From Chrysomallon squamiferum (lineage: Eukaryota > Animalia > Mollusca): 64,000 bases of DNA. Positions 52,551 to 64,000 of the stretch are shown piece after piece. The notes under the pieces were generated by a model. It did not search any database, was not told where the DNA came from, and saw nothing but the letters and a program-made list of their open reading frames with translations. How positions within the stretch are numbered: the first letter of the stretch is position 1; the number at the start of each line of letters is the position of its first letter. The stretch lies in contig CM022665.1 in NCBI GenBank assembly GCA_012295275.1, positions 45,446,001-45,510,000 of the forward strand, in the 5' to 3' direction. The position numbers were made by a program, and so were the translations under genes.

Positions 52551-53200
52551 TGCGACAGTTTAATGCTAAATGTATTTTTGAAAATGCTAATTATTATTAG
52601 GAACAAACTGCTAAAATCCATGGGTTAAACAGAAAAAAATATAAAAAAAATAACAAAATAAAAACATTAAAAGCAAAGATATTAAGATAGGTGAGTTTTG
52701 CACCCCTAAGTAAAATGTGGTAATTTTTAAGTTATCATAATAAAGTTAAATAATAACTTCACTTAGTAACGTAGTCATGGAAACAGTAAAAAACAAAGAA
52801 AATTCTGTTCTCTGTTATGAAATATGGTGCAGCTAATTGTATTGTGCACCCCCACCCCCCACAGCTATTTGTATTATGATATGGTATGGGGTGGTAGGGT
52901 GGTTGGGTGGTGGGTAGGGTAGGGTAATTAAGGGTAGGGTGACAGAAGTAGGGTGGGCAACATTCTCCCAAGCAGATGTTGTGAGTACAACTTGATGCTG
53001 AATTCTATGGACAATATGGATTCCTGTTCTCTTAACATTATTTTATTTTATTTGTTTATCATAAAACAAGTTATTAAAGAAAAGACATAAGTAAAACATT
53101 TTGATTATTATTAAGTCTTAAATTATTTACAAAGCACTTAATATTTAATAAATTCAGATACTTAAGAAACATTCAGTATATATATATACACAAACACACA

Positions 53201-53234
<34 letters not shown>

Positions 53235-54504
53235 AATATATATGTAAAAATAAATAAATTGAATACTCTCTGTATTGTTTGCATATTACAGGATCTGTAG
53301 CATTAATTTTTAAAAATCATTATTTCATTTTGAAACATCGTGATTAGATTATGTATGTATATACACCGTTCTACTATTCATGAATTAAGGTGCAAACCTG
53401 AATATAAGCATACCTATGATAATGAGATCAACAATTATTTACATAACCTGCATAAACCATTACCCGCGACAATGAGGACAAATTTTGTTCCTAAGTTTCA
53501 ATCAAGTCAATACATACCCACTGGTTAGTTAGTTCCCTGGTCTTTCTCTCGTTCAGTATTTTACAATCCAACGTCACTGACCTTCAACCTCGGCCATTTG
53601 CATAATGTGCAGAAAGGTCAGAAAAACGCTGCAGGTAACTTTAACACTAACTTAACAACAAAACCAAATAACAAAACACACCCTCGCGCTCCAGAATTCA
53701 CACATCAGGTGAGTATATACTAAGGAGGGGTGATTCAATCCAATCAGACATGCTGCAGCATCAGTGATACACAAGTTCACTGAATTGAGTAACAAGCATC
53801 TTCTCACTGCAGCTAAATCAGAAAAACAGAGCAACAAGAATAAAAATAAAAAAACCCCAGAAATTTCACTGAGTACCAACAATAGCCACTGTCCTCCTGT
53901 TGTCTGCTCACCACAAAGACCACAAATCAAAAACGTGTCAATGAGGGCTAAAAAAGGTTAACATTATTATTAAGAAGATTAACTCTCTGCTTTTCATTAA
54001 CAGTGGATATTGTTACTAGAGAAAACTGGGGCTGTTTTTTTTTTTTTCCCCCTGCTGTGAGTATTTCTGGCTGTTAGCCAGATCACTTTTGAAATAAATA
54101 AAAAAAAAAAAAAAAATAAATAAAAAAAAATAAATAAAAATAAATAAAAAATAAATAAATAAATTAAAAAATCTCCTGGGTGTATTTCTGCAGTATATTC
54201 TCTAAATAATGCATGTTACCTGTGTGTGTGTGACTGTTTAAGTCAGTCAGTGTGATCTGCAGATTGCCTGAGCTGAGTTTTTTTTTTATTTATTAGAAAC
54301 TGCACTACACAGCTCTGTTGTTAACGAGTGGCTCGCTCAGACAAGTTCATCCAGTAGTAATAATTTAGCAGTGGGACCAAGCACAATTGTGTTAAATATA
54401 ATCATTGATAAATAATAATAATATTATTAAGGATACTAGTACTACTACCACTCCTTCTACTGCTACTATTGTTGCTACCATTGTTAATAATAATGATAAT
54501 AATA

Positions 54505-54776
54505 AAAGTATATATATATATATATGTACACACATGTGTATATGTATACAATGTATATGTGTACATATGTGTATATGTATGTATGTATGTATTTATGTAT
54601 GTGTGTGTATGTATGTATGTATGTATGTGTGTATGTGTGTACGTATGTAAGTATGTATGTGTATGTATGTATGTATGTGTGTGTGTGTATGTGTTTGTGT
54701 ATGTGTGTATGTATGTATGTATGTATGTATGTATGTGTGTGTGTGTTTGTATATATGCATTTGTGCATGCATGTGA

Positions 54777-54825
<49 letters not shown>
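54505..54825. repeat. (GTAT/GT)n microsatellite
   Basis: Direct reading. Confidence 0.9.
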
Positions 54826-54826
<1 letters not shown>

Positions 54827-55647
54827 AACAAAAATATAAATATATATTTCAAATTTAAAGGAGCAAATCAAAATAATCAATGACTCCACAGCAAACACTG
54901 CAAGACATCTTAAAGTATATTTCTATCAAGATTTCAACCATATTAATTTGAAAATACAAGAAAAAGAAAAAGAAAAGAAAGCTGATACTGCAATACAATT
55001 CTCACCATCATTAATTAACTGCAGCAGATCTTTTTTTTTTTAAAAGGACCTTCCCCTGGGTAGAAAGAGCAAACGTCTTGGCTTTTAATATGTCAAGTTA
55101 TTGGACAATTGCCGGAAAGGAAAAAAAGGCTAAAAAAATAAATAAAAACCCCAGTGGGAGTAATTGATCATACAGAAATTATTAGTCACCGTGACCACTG
55201 AGCTGAGTCAAAGTTAATGCAATAATAACATGTCTGTCTTAAACACACGAAAGAGGCTAGCAAAAAAAAATAAAAAAAATAAAATAAAACTAAGAAGTAA
55301 AAAAAAAAAAAAGGTAACATGTAATTTAATGGAAAAAATAAATAAAAATAAAATAAGTACAATTTCTTTTCTGTTTGAGATTATGATAGATGAGGTGGAC
55401 CGTAGAAGCTGTTGTGAATTACTGGAGGCTGAAAAAAAAAAAAAAAAACCACACACAATTTCCTGAACAATCCATGGAACCATGGCAATGTCTCTCAATT
55501 TGTACTGTGCCACTGTTTAGGTTTTGAGTGTGGGTTTTGTTATTGTTATAATATACACTGTGTTTGGCAGCCGATAATGACTACTTCATAGATCCGTTCA
55601 CATCATGTGGAAATATTTTTTATTTTTTATATAAACCTTTTAGAAGT

Positions 55648-55672
55648 TGAGAGAGAGAGACAAATGCATAGG

Positions 55673-55729
<57 letters not shown>

Positions 55730-55872
55730 AGAGAGAGATAGAACGAAAGAGAGAGATAGAGGGAGAGAGAGGGAGAGAGAGAGAGAGAGAGAGAGAGCGA
55801 TAGAGGGAGGGATAGAAAGAGAGAGAGAAAGAGAGAGATAGAGGGAGAGAGACAGATAGAGAGAGAGAGAGA
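55648..55872. repeat. (GA)n polypurine microsatellite
   Basis: Direct reading. Confidence 0.9.
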
Positions 55873-56127
55873 AAAATACACAGTGAGAAAAAAACAGATT
55901 TTGTTAAAATAAGTTAACTATGATTATTACAAAAAGAAAATAATAAAAAAAATATTTTGTCCCACTATTTTATTTTCAAACATTTATACATTTGATATAA
56001 ATAAACATAAACACCCAACAACAACAACAACAACCACAACAACAAAACACAAGCAAACAATAAAAACCTATACACGATCAATATGAGAAAAGCCAATGTA
56101 ACATAAACAGACAAATCAATTACTCAC

Positions 56128-56175
56128 ATTTTGTTTTCGTGAAGCCCGTCTTCACCTGAACCAACAACGACAACG

Positions 56176-56208
<33 letters not shown>

Positions 56209-56340
56209 ACAAACACCGATATTATTATCCGGGCGGCGCACAACTACAGCTGCAGGCTACACCTTCTAAACTGACAGCAGCATCAACAAGCCAGCTAGCA
56301 AGTTAGCACATCAGGAAATGTATATTATACATCGGTGTTT
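56128..56340 (-). other. Probable non-coding first exon of the DUSP14-like gene
   Basis: Strong donor AAAT|gtgagt at 56127-56122; locally GC/CpG-enriched. The coding exon has an acceptor that needs an upstream exon. 5' boundary uncertain. Confidence 0.5.
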
Positions 56341-56459
56341 ACAGTATCCCAGGTCAGCTGTACTGAAAACACAAAACAAAACATTCCTCCACACCGAAGC
56401 AAGCTCTCAACTAATCTGCCAGGCAAGTTCTGTAAGACTGGAACCAGCAACAGCAGCAG

Positions 56460-56535
<76 letters not shown>

Positions 56536-57837
56536 ACACACATGTCTGAGTCATAAATCAACTGTTTTAAGTCAATATACCTGTTATAAACAACAACAAC
56601 AACTCTTATAAGAGAGAGAGAGAGAGAGAGAGAGAGGCTGGATTCTCAGTAGAGCAGTATGAACGTTCATTAACAGTATTCAAATCATTCTGTTTGTTTA
56701 CTACTGTAAACAAAATTTTTTTTTTTTATTATTATTTTTTTTTTTAAAGAGGATGGATCTGGTGTAACAGTATGAATATTTAATTAATTCTGTTTAATAT
56801 CACAAATGATCAGTGTTTTAAAGATGAAAACCAATTTTTTTTTTTTTAAATTAATAATATTAAAAATGTTTGCGACAACAGTGTGAACATATTCACAACA
56901 AGTAATTTTATTCCATTTTTTTTTTTCTGTTAGCTATTTTAAGCATCAGTTGTATTTGAAGATGAAGCCATCACATTTTACCACTGACACTAACAACAAG
57001 TGAATATTAAAGGTGTCATACTGACATATTGACAATAATTGTCTTAAAGCAGTAGGGTTTGCATTTCAAGACTGATGAAAATAAATAAACGACAAAGATG
57101 TCTATGATGATAAATTTTAGTATATCAACAAGGCATCAAGCTGTTTTAAAGATGAATTAAAAAGGAATTTAACACAGATGAAAATAACAAACAAACAAAA
57201 TATTAAAGGTGATGGTGATACAACATGGATATCAACACATCTATGCTGAATATTTAACTCTGCATATTGTCTACTTAAAACAACAACTAACTATATTAAC
57301 TGCTGTTTTTTTTCTTCTCTTCTTGTATTCCACGTCACTGAAAACTGACAAAATGATGGATTAGTGAACAATGAAGAATTTAAACATTCTCTTTAATGTT
57401 AGTTATTTTTGGTGCCAGCACACGAACATGATCCTCAGTCGAGTATGTAATTAATTCTACCCGTAGCCTGAAACAAACAATAACTATACATATGCATATA
57501 TAAATATAAAGTGAATGGACAATCCTCACAGAATTAGAAATAACAAACTATGTGGTGTATTAAAGGTGATGTCTAAACTCAGTGGGATTGTCACCTGAGT
57601 TAAGTATTTAATTAATTATACCTGTTACCTGTTAAAAAAAAAAAAAATGAAAAAATAAATAACTGTATTGTGTATGTAAGATGAACAGGCAGTAGCACAT
57701 GCATGGAATTTGATATAACAGATTAAGTGATGTATTAAAGATGAAATCTAAAGATAATCAATGTGACGTATTTAATCAAAACCCTAAGTTGAGTACTTAA
57801 TTTCTTTTACCTGTTAGATGTAACAAAAAATAATTGT

Positions 57838-57872
<35 letters not shown>

Positions 57873-59496
57873 GTGTGTATGTATATACATATATATATGT
57901 GTATGTGTGTGTGTGTATATATGTATGTATATATGTCTGTGTGCATGTGCGTGTGTGCATGTGTGTGTCTAAGGTGAATAATTGACTGCACTGGCAGCAT
58001 GAAATTTGAAATAACTAAGTGATGGCTTAAAGACCATGCCTACAAAACCCTGAGTCACATGTTTAATTTGTTCCACCTATTATCTGCAGTAAACAATGAC
58101 ACGATTGAGCTCTGTGAACTGTGTGTATATTAAAGGTAATGTACATGGACAAAGGAACCTAGACATAATCAAAGCCCAAAGTCAAGTACTTAATCCTTTC
58201 AACTAAATAACAGCTGTATTGAAATCGCAGTCTGATAAAAACACAATGTGACTTTTTGGCTACTATTACAGACATCAAGAGAAATATGGAATGTTCAGTG
58301 AAGAAAAACTAACACAGCATATAACTGCTACTAACTGTCACTGGTTTTATATACACTGAAATAAGTATGGGAAATATGGAACAACAAACAACATGATGTA
58401 TTAAAAAAAATATTATATTAGGAGTTATTAGCTGCATAAAATAAAATCTACCTTCTAACAAGACTGTGTGTCAGGTTTTTACAGTTAGCTTGTTATAACT
58501 ATCAAGTGTATATATATCTAAGATCCTGGCTGTATATTCTGCACTGCTTAGAGAATATCAGCAAACTACATGACGTTCTATAAACGGACGCAGACATTAA
58601 AGGTATTAACTTGCCAGTAAGTCAAGTATTTATTAGTAAAACAGACTGAACTAATGATGCTGATTACTTATGTAAACCCTGAAGAAAAATAATACTGCAC
58701 AGTGATATATATATACATCATCAGTGCAAACAAAATCCTTGGTCAAATGTGTGACCCATCACACTGAATCTGGTCTTAAGACAAACAGGAAAGCATTGAG
58801 CTTTAGCCAACAATAGTGGAGTAACACACACACATACACACACACACACAAAAATGTGTTTTATATACAACTTATCTCTTTATCCAGTGATGGAATTGAT
58901 AGATATTAATCCTAAGGAGTGATTTAGAGGACTTAAATGAACATTGTTGTTTGCTTTTTTGCACAGAAACAGTCCAACTTGTTCAAATTAAACAAATTAA
59001 ATGTGACACCAAAATGAAGCTTATGGAGTCACATATATGAAAACCTTTACAACTCAAAAATGTGACTTGAGACCTGTTTTCATGTGAGTGGTCACTCATT
59101 TTACTTTAATTCTAACAGCTTGTTGTTATAAATAATCGTGTTTGGGAAGCTGGCTGCATGGTGATCTCAGAAGTATGGAATAAAGAAAAAAAAAAATAAT
59201 GTCTGATAGCTGATACCTCATCACAAAGGAATCGTTATGTCAACATGGACTGTGAGTCATTCCTAACTTTATATATATATATATATAATGAATGAATGTG
59301 TTGAAGATGCTGTCTAAACATTTTATATGAAGCGATAAATGATAAACAGCTGATTACATGATGATTTACTGAAAATGATGCATGGTTACAGGGAAAGATC
59401 AAATATTGGGTAACTGGGTATTCAAAGACTATTTATTTACTATTCAGTATGTACGAGAACACTGAAAACAATCATTTTTATTTTCTTTAGTATTGA

Positions 59497-60497
59497 TTAA
59501 TTTGTTAAATGATCAACACTATATTAATGAACTTGTTAAAAGGTGAATGCTATTTTAATTAACTTGTTGAACGGTTAATATTATATTAATTAACTTATTA
59601 AATAGCCAGCACTATATTAATTAATTTGTTAAATGGTTAATATATTATTAATTATTCATTAAATGGTCAACAATATATTAATTAGTTTGTTAAATGGTTA
59701 ATACTATATTAATTAACTTGTTAAATAGTCAACACTATATTAATTAATCTGTTAAATGGTGAACACTATTTTAATTAGCTTGTTAAATGGTCAAAACTAT
59801 ATTAATTAATTTCTAAATGGTTAACACTATTTTAATTAATTTGTTAAAGGGTTAATACTGTATTAATTAATTTGTAAAATGGTCAACACTATTTTAATTA
59901 ACTTGTTAAATGGTTAACACTATATTAATTAACTTGTTAAATGGTCAATGTTATGTTAATTAATGTGTTAAATGATCAACACTATCTTAATTAACTTATT
60001 AAATGGTCAATACTATATTAATTAACTTGTTAAATGGTCAACACTATTTTAATTAATTTGTAAAATGGTCAACACTATTTTAATTAACTTGATAAACGGT
60101 CAACACTGTATTAATTAATTTGTTAAATGATCAGCACCTTATTAATTAATTTGTTAAATGATCAGCACCTTATTAATTAATTTGTTAAATGATCAGCACC
60201 TTATTAAATGGTCAACACTTACATTAATTAACTTGTAAAATGGTCAATACTATATTAATTAATTTCTAAAATGGACAATACTATTTTAATGAACTTGTTA
60301 AATGGTCAACACTATTTTAATTAGCTTGTTAAATGGTCAGTACTATATTAATTAACTTATTAAATGATCAACACTAATTAATTAATTTTTTAAATGGTCA
60401 ACTCTTATATTAATTAAATTGTAAAATGGTCAACACTATATTAATCAATTTCTAAAATGGACAATACTACTTTAATCAACTTGTTAAACGATCAACG
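59497..60497. repeat. 31-bp AT-rich minisatellite, ~32 copies
   Basis: Unit ~ttaattaacttgttaaatggtcaacactata, head-to-tail with no spacers. Confidence 0.95.
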
Positions 60498-61019
60498 CTT
60501 ATCAGTGCACATGCATCTGTCTTTCTGACTTACCAAGCTCGCATTTCAACCGAACATTCCATCAAACCAAGGCCACGCAAACCACTACACCACACCACTG
60601 GCTGTTTTGAAGATGCTGGGGCTGTTAGGCAGACAGACAGAGAGGTAAGGAATGAGGAAACTGTGAGAATTCCTCCTGAACTTTCCCTGACTCTGGAACT
60701 GTATCTTCTTTGTATCAGTGTGTGGAACAACACCAGCAGATGACCTTCCACACGCTGGTTATACAGCAGAACATTCCAGATCAGACACTTGTTACAGTGT
60801 GAGAGGGGAGGGAGGGGAAAAACATTTTTTCCAGAACACATGTGTTCTTCAGTATGGGAGAATTTTGGAGAGACAAGAATAAATAGCAGCATCAACATGT
60901 GTGGGGACGAAGATAGGAAGGGAATAAATAGCATCAGCTATTGTTATACATGCATTTGTGAGGGAGTGTGTGTTTGAGTGAGTACAAATGGCATGTAGAT
61001 AACAGCAATTTCAGAAGGG

Positions 61020-61405
61020 AAAAATGTACTATAATAAAGAAAAATGTATTATAATAAAGAAAAATGTATTATATTAAAGAAAAATGTATTATAATATATA
61101 TACACACACAAACATACAAAGAAAATTGTATTAAAATAAAGAAAGGTTATTACAATAAAGAAGATTGTATAAAGATAAAGAAAATTTATATTGTAATAAA
61201 GAATATTAAATTTTAACAAAAAAAACTATGTTAATAAAGAAAATATTATTTCATAAAAAACAATATTAATAGAGAAAATATTATTTTAATATGAAAACAG
61301 AATATTAATAGAGAAAATACTATTGTAATAAGAAAACAGAATATTAATAGAGAAAATATTCTTTTAATAAGAAAACTACAATCAAGAAAATGTTATTTTA
61401 ATACA
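61020..61405. repeat. Degenerate ~21-bp AT-rich tandem repeat
   Basis: aataaagaaaaatgtattat recurring and decaying. Confidence 0.75.
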
Positions 61406-62647
61406 TAATTTTCATACCCACTGCTTTTTAATCTAACCGATCAAACCAACAATACTGATTATCAAAACATTTTTTTTGTTAATGGAGACAAAAACCAGAG
61501 AAAATTACTTCACACAAAAATTTAAAAGATTTAAAAAAACCTTCCAAAACGATTGCAGGAGAAAAAGAAAAATCACAGAAAATCACAAACAATGCTTCAG
61601 CTTTGGCTTTTCATTGTCGTTGTACGCTTGCAATAATTAATAATCGAATTGCAGCAAAGTGAGTTAAACCACAGAGTTGCAGGGTTTTGCGTGGACCTGT
61701 GACAAACAAATGAGTATCGCAGACACACTTTACTGGGAGAAGGAACAAGCTGTTCGCACGAACCTGAGCTGGATACATTTAACTGATTGCCTGCATCGCT
61801 GAAGCAGATGGGATAAATAATGCATTAGGCTTCTTCGGGCTGTGAATATTTTTTCCAGCAGTCAAAAGATTTAGAAATGAGATGACAAACATGTATCAAA
61901 ATAAAATAAAATAAAAAATAAAAAAAATAAAATGTAAAATAAAAAAAAATAAAAAAATAAAATAAAATAAAATAAAATATAAAAATGAAAATATATTTAA
62001 AAAATAAAAAAAAAATAAAAAATTAAATTAAATAAAAAAGTAAAAAAAATAAAAAAGTAAAAAAAAATGTTAAAAAATTGTTTTTTAAAAAATCAGTAAA
62101 GAAAGCTGGAATGTCAAATATGATTTTATAATCTATTATTAACAACAGAAATTGAATTATTTGTATGAGAGATGAAAAAAAAAAGAAATGTTTATTAAAT
62201 TATTTATATCTTGCATAGCTTTACATTAAACTGACTGTGGTGTCATGGAAACAGGTTACTGATTAGGATGTCACTGGATCAAACTTTGTCAACAGACGCT
62301 TTGGGCTTTTTCCCCATTCCAGCCAATATCTCATGGGTGGTTTTTCAAAGGCTGTGGTATGTACTGTCCTGTCTATACAAAGGTGCAAGCAAATTATTTT
62401 CGTTTAGGAACACAAAAGTATATCATGACAAGTATTTGTTTTTCCCTTTTCTCTCATAATAAGAAAAACATAAATGTTTAATTATCAAAACTTAAACATT
62501 GGTATGTGATGTCATAAAACAAACATAACAAGGACAGTTATGGCTAACAGGCTACTGATGAGAATTGATCCCAGATCTTTTAATTTTACCACTGTGTTTT
62601 GCCCTTTTTCCAGTGCATGAACTATTGAAAGCAAAATAACTTAATTT

Positions 62648-62682
<35 letters not shown>

Positions 62683-62879
62683 CCACTGATCTAAGTCTCA
62701 AACTTTCTTCATCTTAAATAATATTAATTTTAACCAAGACAACTTAATTTTAAATATTATTTCCACAGCAACATTTATCGATTCATTGTGTCAAGTAAAG
62801 TAAATTATTTGTGTTATGTAACTCTTAATCACAAATGACACATTTCTGAGTTAAATAACTGATGATAAAAATAAAACTC

Positions 62880-63292
62880 TTTGCATAATATAACCCACAA
62901 AACATCACAATCTGTTTAATAATTCATAAAACACTAAATTCTTTGATTTATATAACCCACAAACCATTACAATCTATGTTAAATAATTCATGCAATACTA
63001 AATTCTTTGATTTATATAACCCACAAAACATCAAAATCTATGTTACATAATTCATGAAAACACTAAATTCTTTGTGTTTATAACTCACAAAACACCATCT
63101 TTGTTTGTTCTGGGTTTTTTTTTTTTTGCTCCCCACCACCAAATTTCTTTTTTTTTTCTCCCCACCACCAAATTTCTTTGTGTTGTTACAACACATTATT
63201 ACTATCACATTGTTGATCTGTCTTTTTCTCTCCCCACCACCAAATTTCTTTGTGTTGATACAACACATTATTACTATCACACTGTTGATCTG
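62880..63292. repeat. ~63-bp tandem repeat (~3.5 copies) followed by ~72-bp duplication
   Basis: ataacccacaaaacatca..aataattcat..ctaaattctttg at ~62890/62952/63016/63080; ctccccaccaccaaatttcttt at ~63129/63158/63230. Confidence 0.85.
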
Positions 63293-63527
63293 GACACTCA
63301 AACACTTCCACTGTGTTGTGACGTCTGCTTAGTCAGTGACTGGGAGTCAAGTGAGGAAATTACTTCCTTGCGTCTGCAGGAACTGATGCTGTGATAAATG
63401 TGCAGTGTTTTACATGATTATCACTTACACCCAGTCACAAAGTGTTTGTCTGTGACACTGCGAAGGTTAAATGATGCTGTAACACAACATGCAGGACATC
63501 TCAAATTACCACGTCTGCATTTCAAAT

Positions 63528-63562
<35 letters not shown>

Positions 63563-63826
63563 CTCCATTTTTCTCCTGAAGAACATTGATGTGATACTTA
63601 TCACTTTTTACAAAAGAATGTTGTATAAATTTTTTTTTTTTCATGTTAATTTAAAAGGCAACTCTACAGAGTTATTTAAGGCAAAATGGTGGGTGTTGTT
63701 TTATTACAAATTGCGAAAATGATGGTAGTAATAGTTATGGTAATAATAAAAGAAATATAAATAATAATAAAGCAGGTAGCAGTAGCAGTAGCAACAGCAG
63801 TGGTAATAATAATAGTAATAATAATG

Positions 63827-63872
<46 letters not shown>

Positions 63873-64000
63873 GAAGAATGACCTAACAAATAATATATAA
63901 ATAAATAATAACAATAAAAATATATTATAATTTTTTTTTAGTACAATTACTTCTAAATAAAAATCAAGGGTTGCATTAAATCTTTGGAATAATAAATAAC

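Noticed and set aside
59497-60497. CRISPR-like appearance of a ~31-bp periodic array
   Set aside because: Units are head-to-tail with no unique spacers, there are no cas genes, and the context is eukaryotic.
60530-60934. 134-aa ORF as an independent protein-coding gene
   Set aside because: No recognisable domain; better explained as a UTR exon or non-coding island.

Overview
AT-rich, microsatellite-dense eukaryotic genomic DNA with GT-AG introns. It looks like an invertebrate, possibly a mollusc, but the taxon is inference only. Five protein-coding genes can be reconstructed by hand. (1) SND1/Tudor-SN, minus strand, 22 coding exons, 21773-3988; exon 14 is frameshifted and partly overwritten by a copy of nearby intron sequence, probably an assembly error. 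(2) The ciliary transition-zone gene TMEM216, plus strand, head-to-head with SND1, which needs a 14-nt microexon to stay in frame. (3) A secreted chymotrypsin-fold serine protease homolog with catalytic Ser replaced by Asp (GDDGGP). (4) A ~1120-aa, mostly low-complexity protein ending in a dual-specificity phosphatase domain with a dead P-loop (YSYHGNSR) and a Cys/His insert. (5) An intact DUSP14/18/21-like phosphatase upstream of it on the same strand. Other features are a hAT-type MITE with a perfect 8-bp TSD, several minisatellites (two starting exactly at SND1 splice sites), RFX X-box clusters and a 32-bp-phased CCAAT array. I found no CRISPR, rRNA, tRNA or autonomous transposon. I see no clearly novel multi-gene system. 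The best leads are the active/dead DUSP tandem pair, the pseudoprotease and a possible RFX-controlled ciliary neighbourhood.
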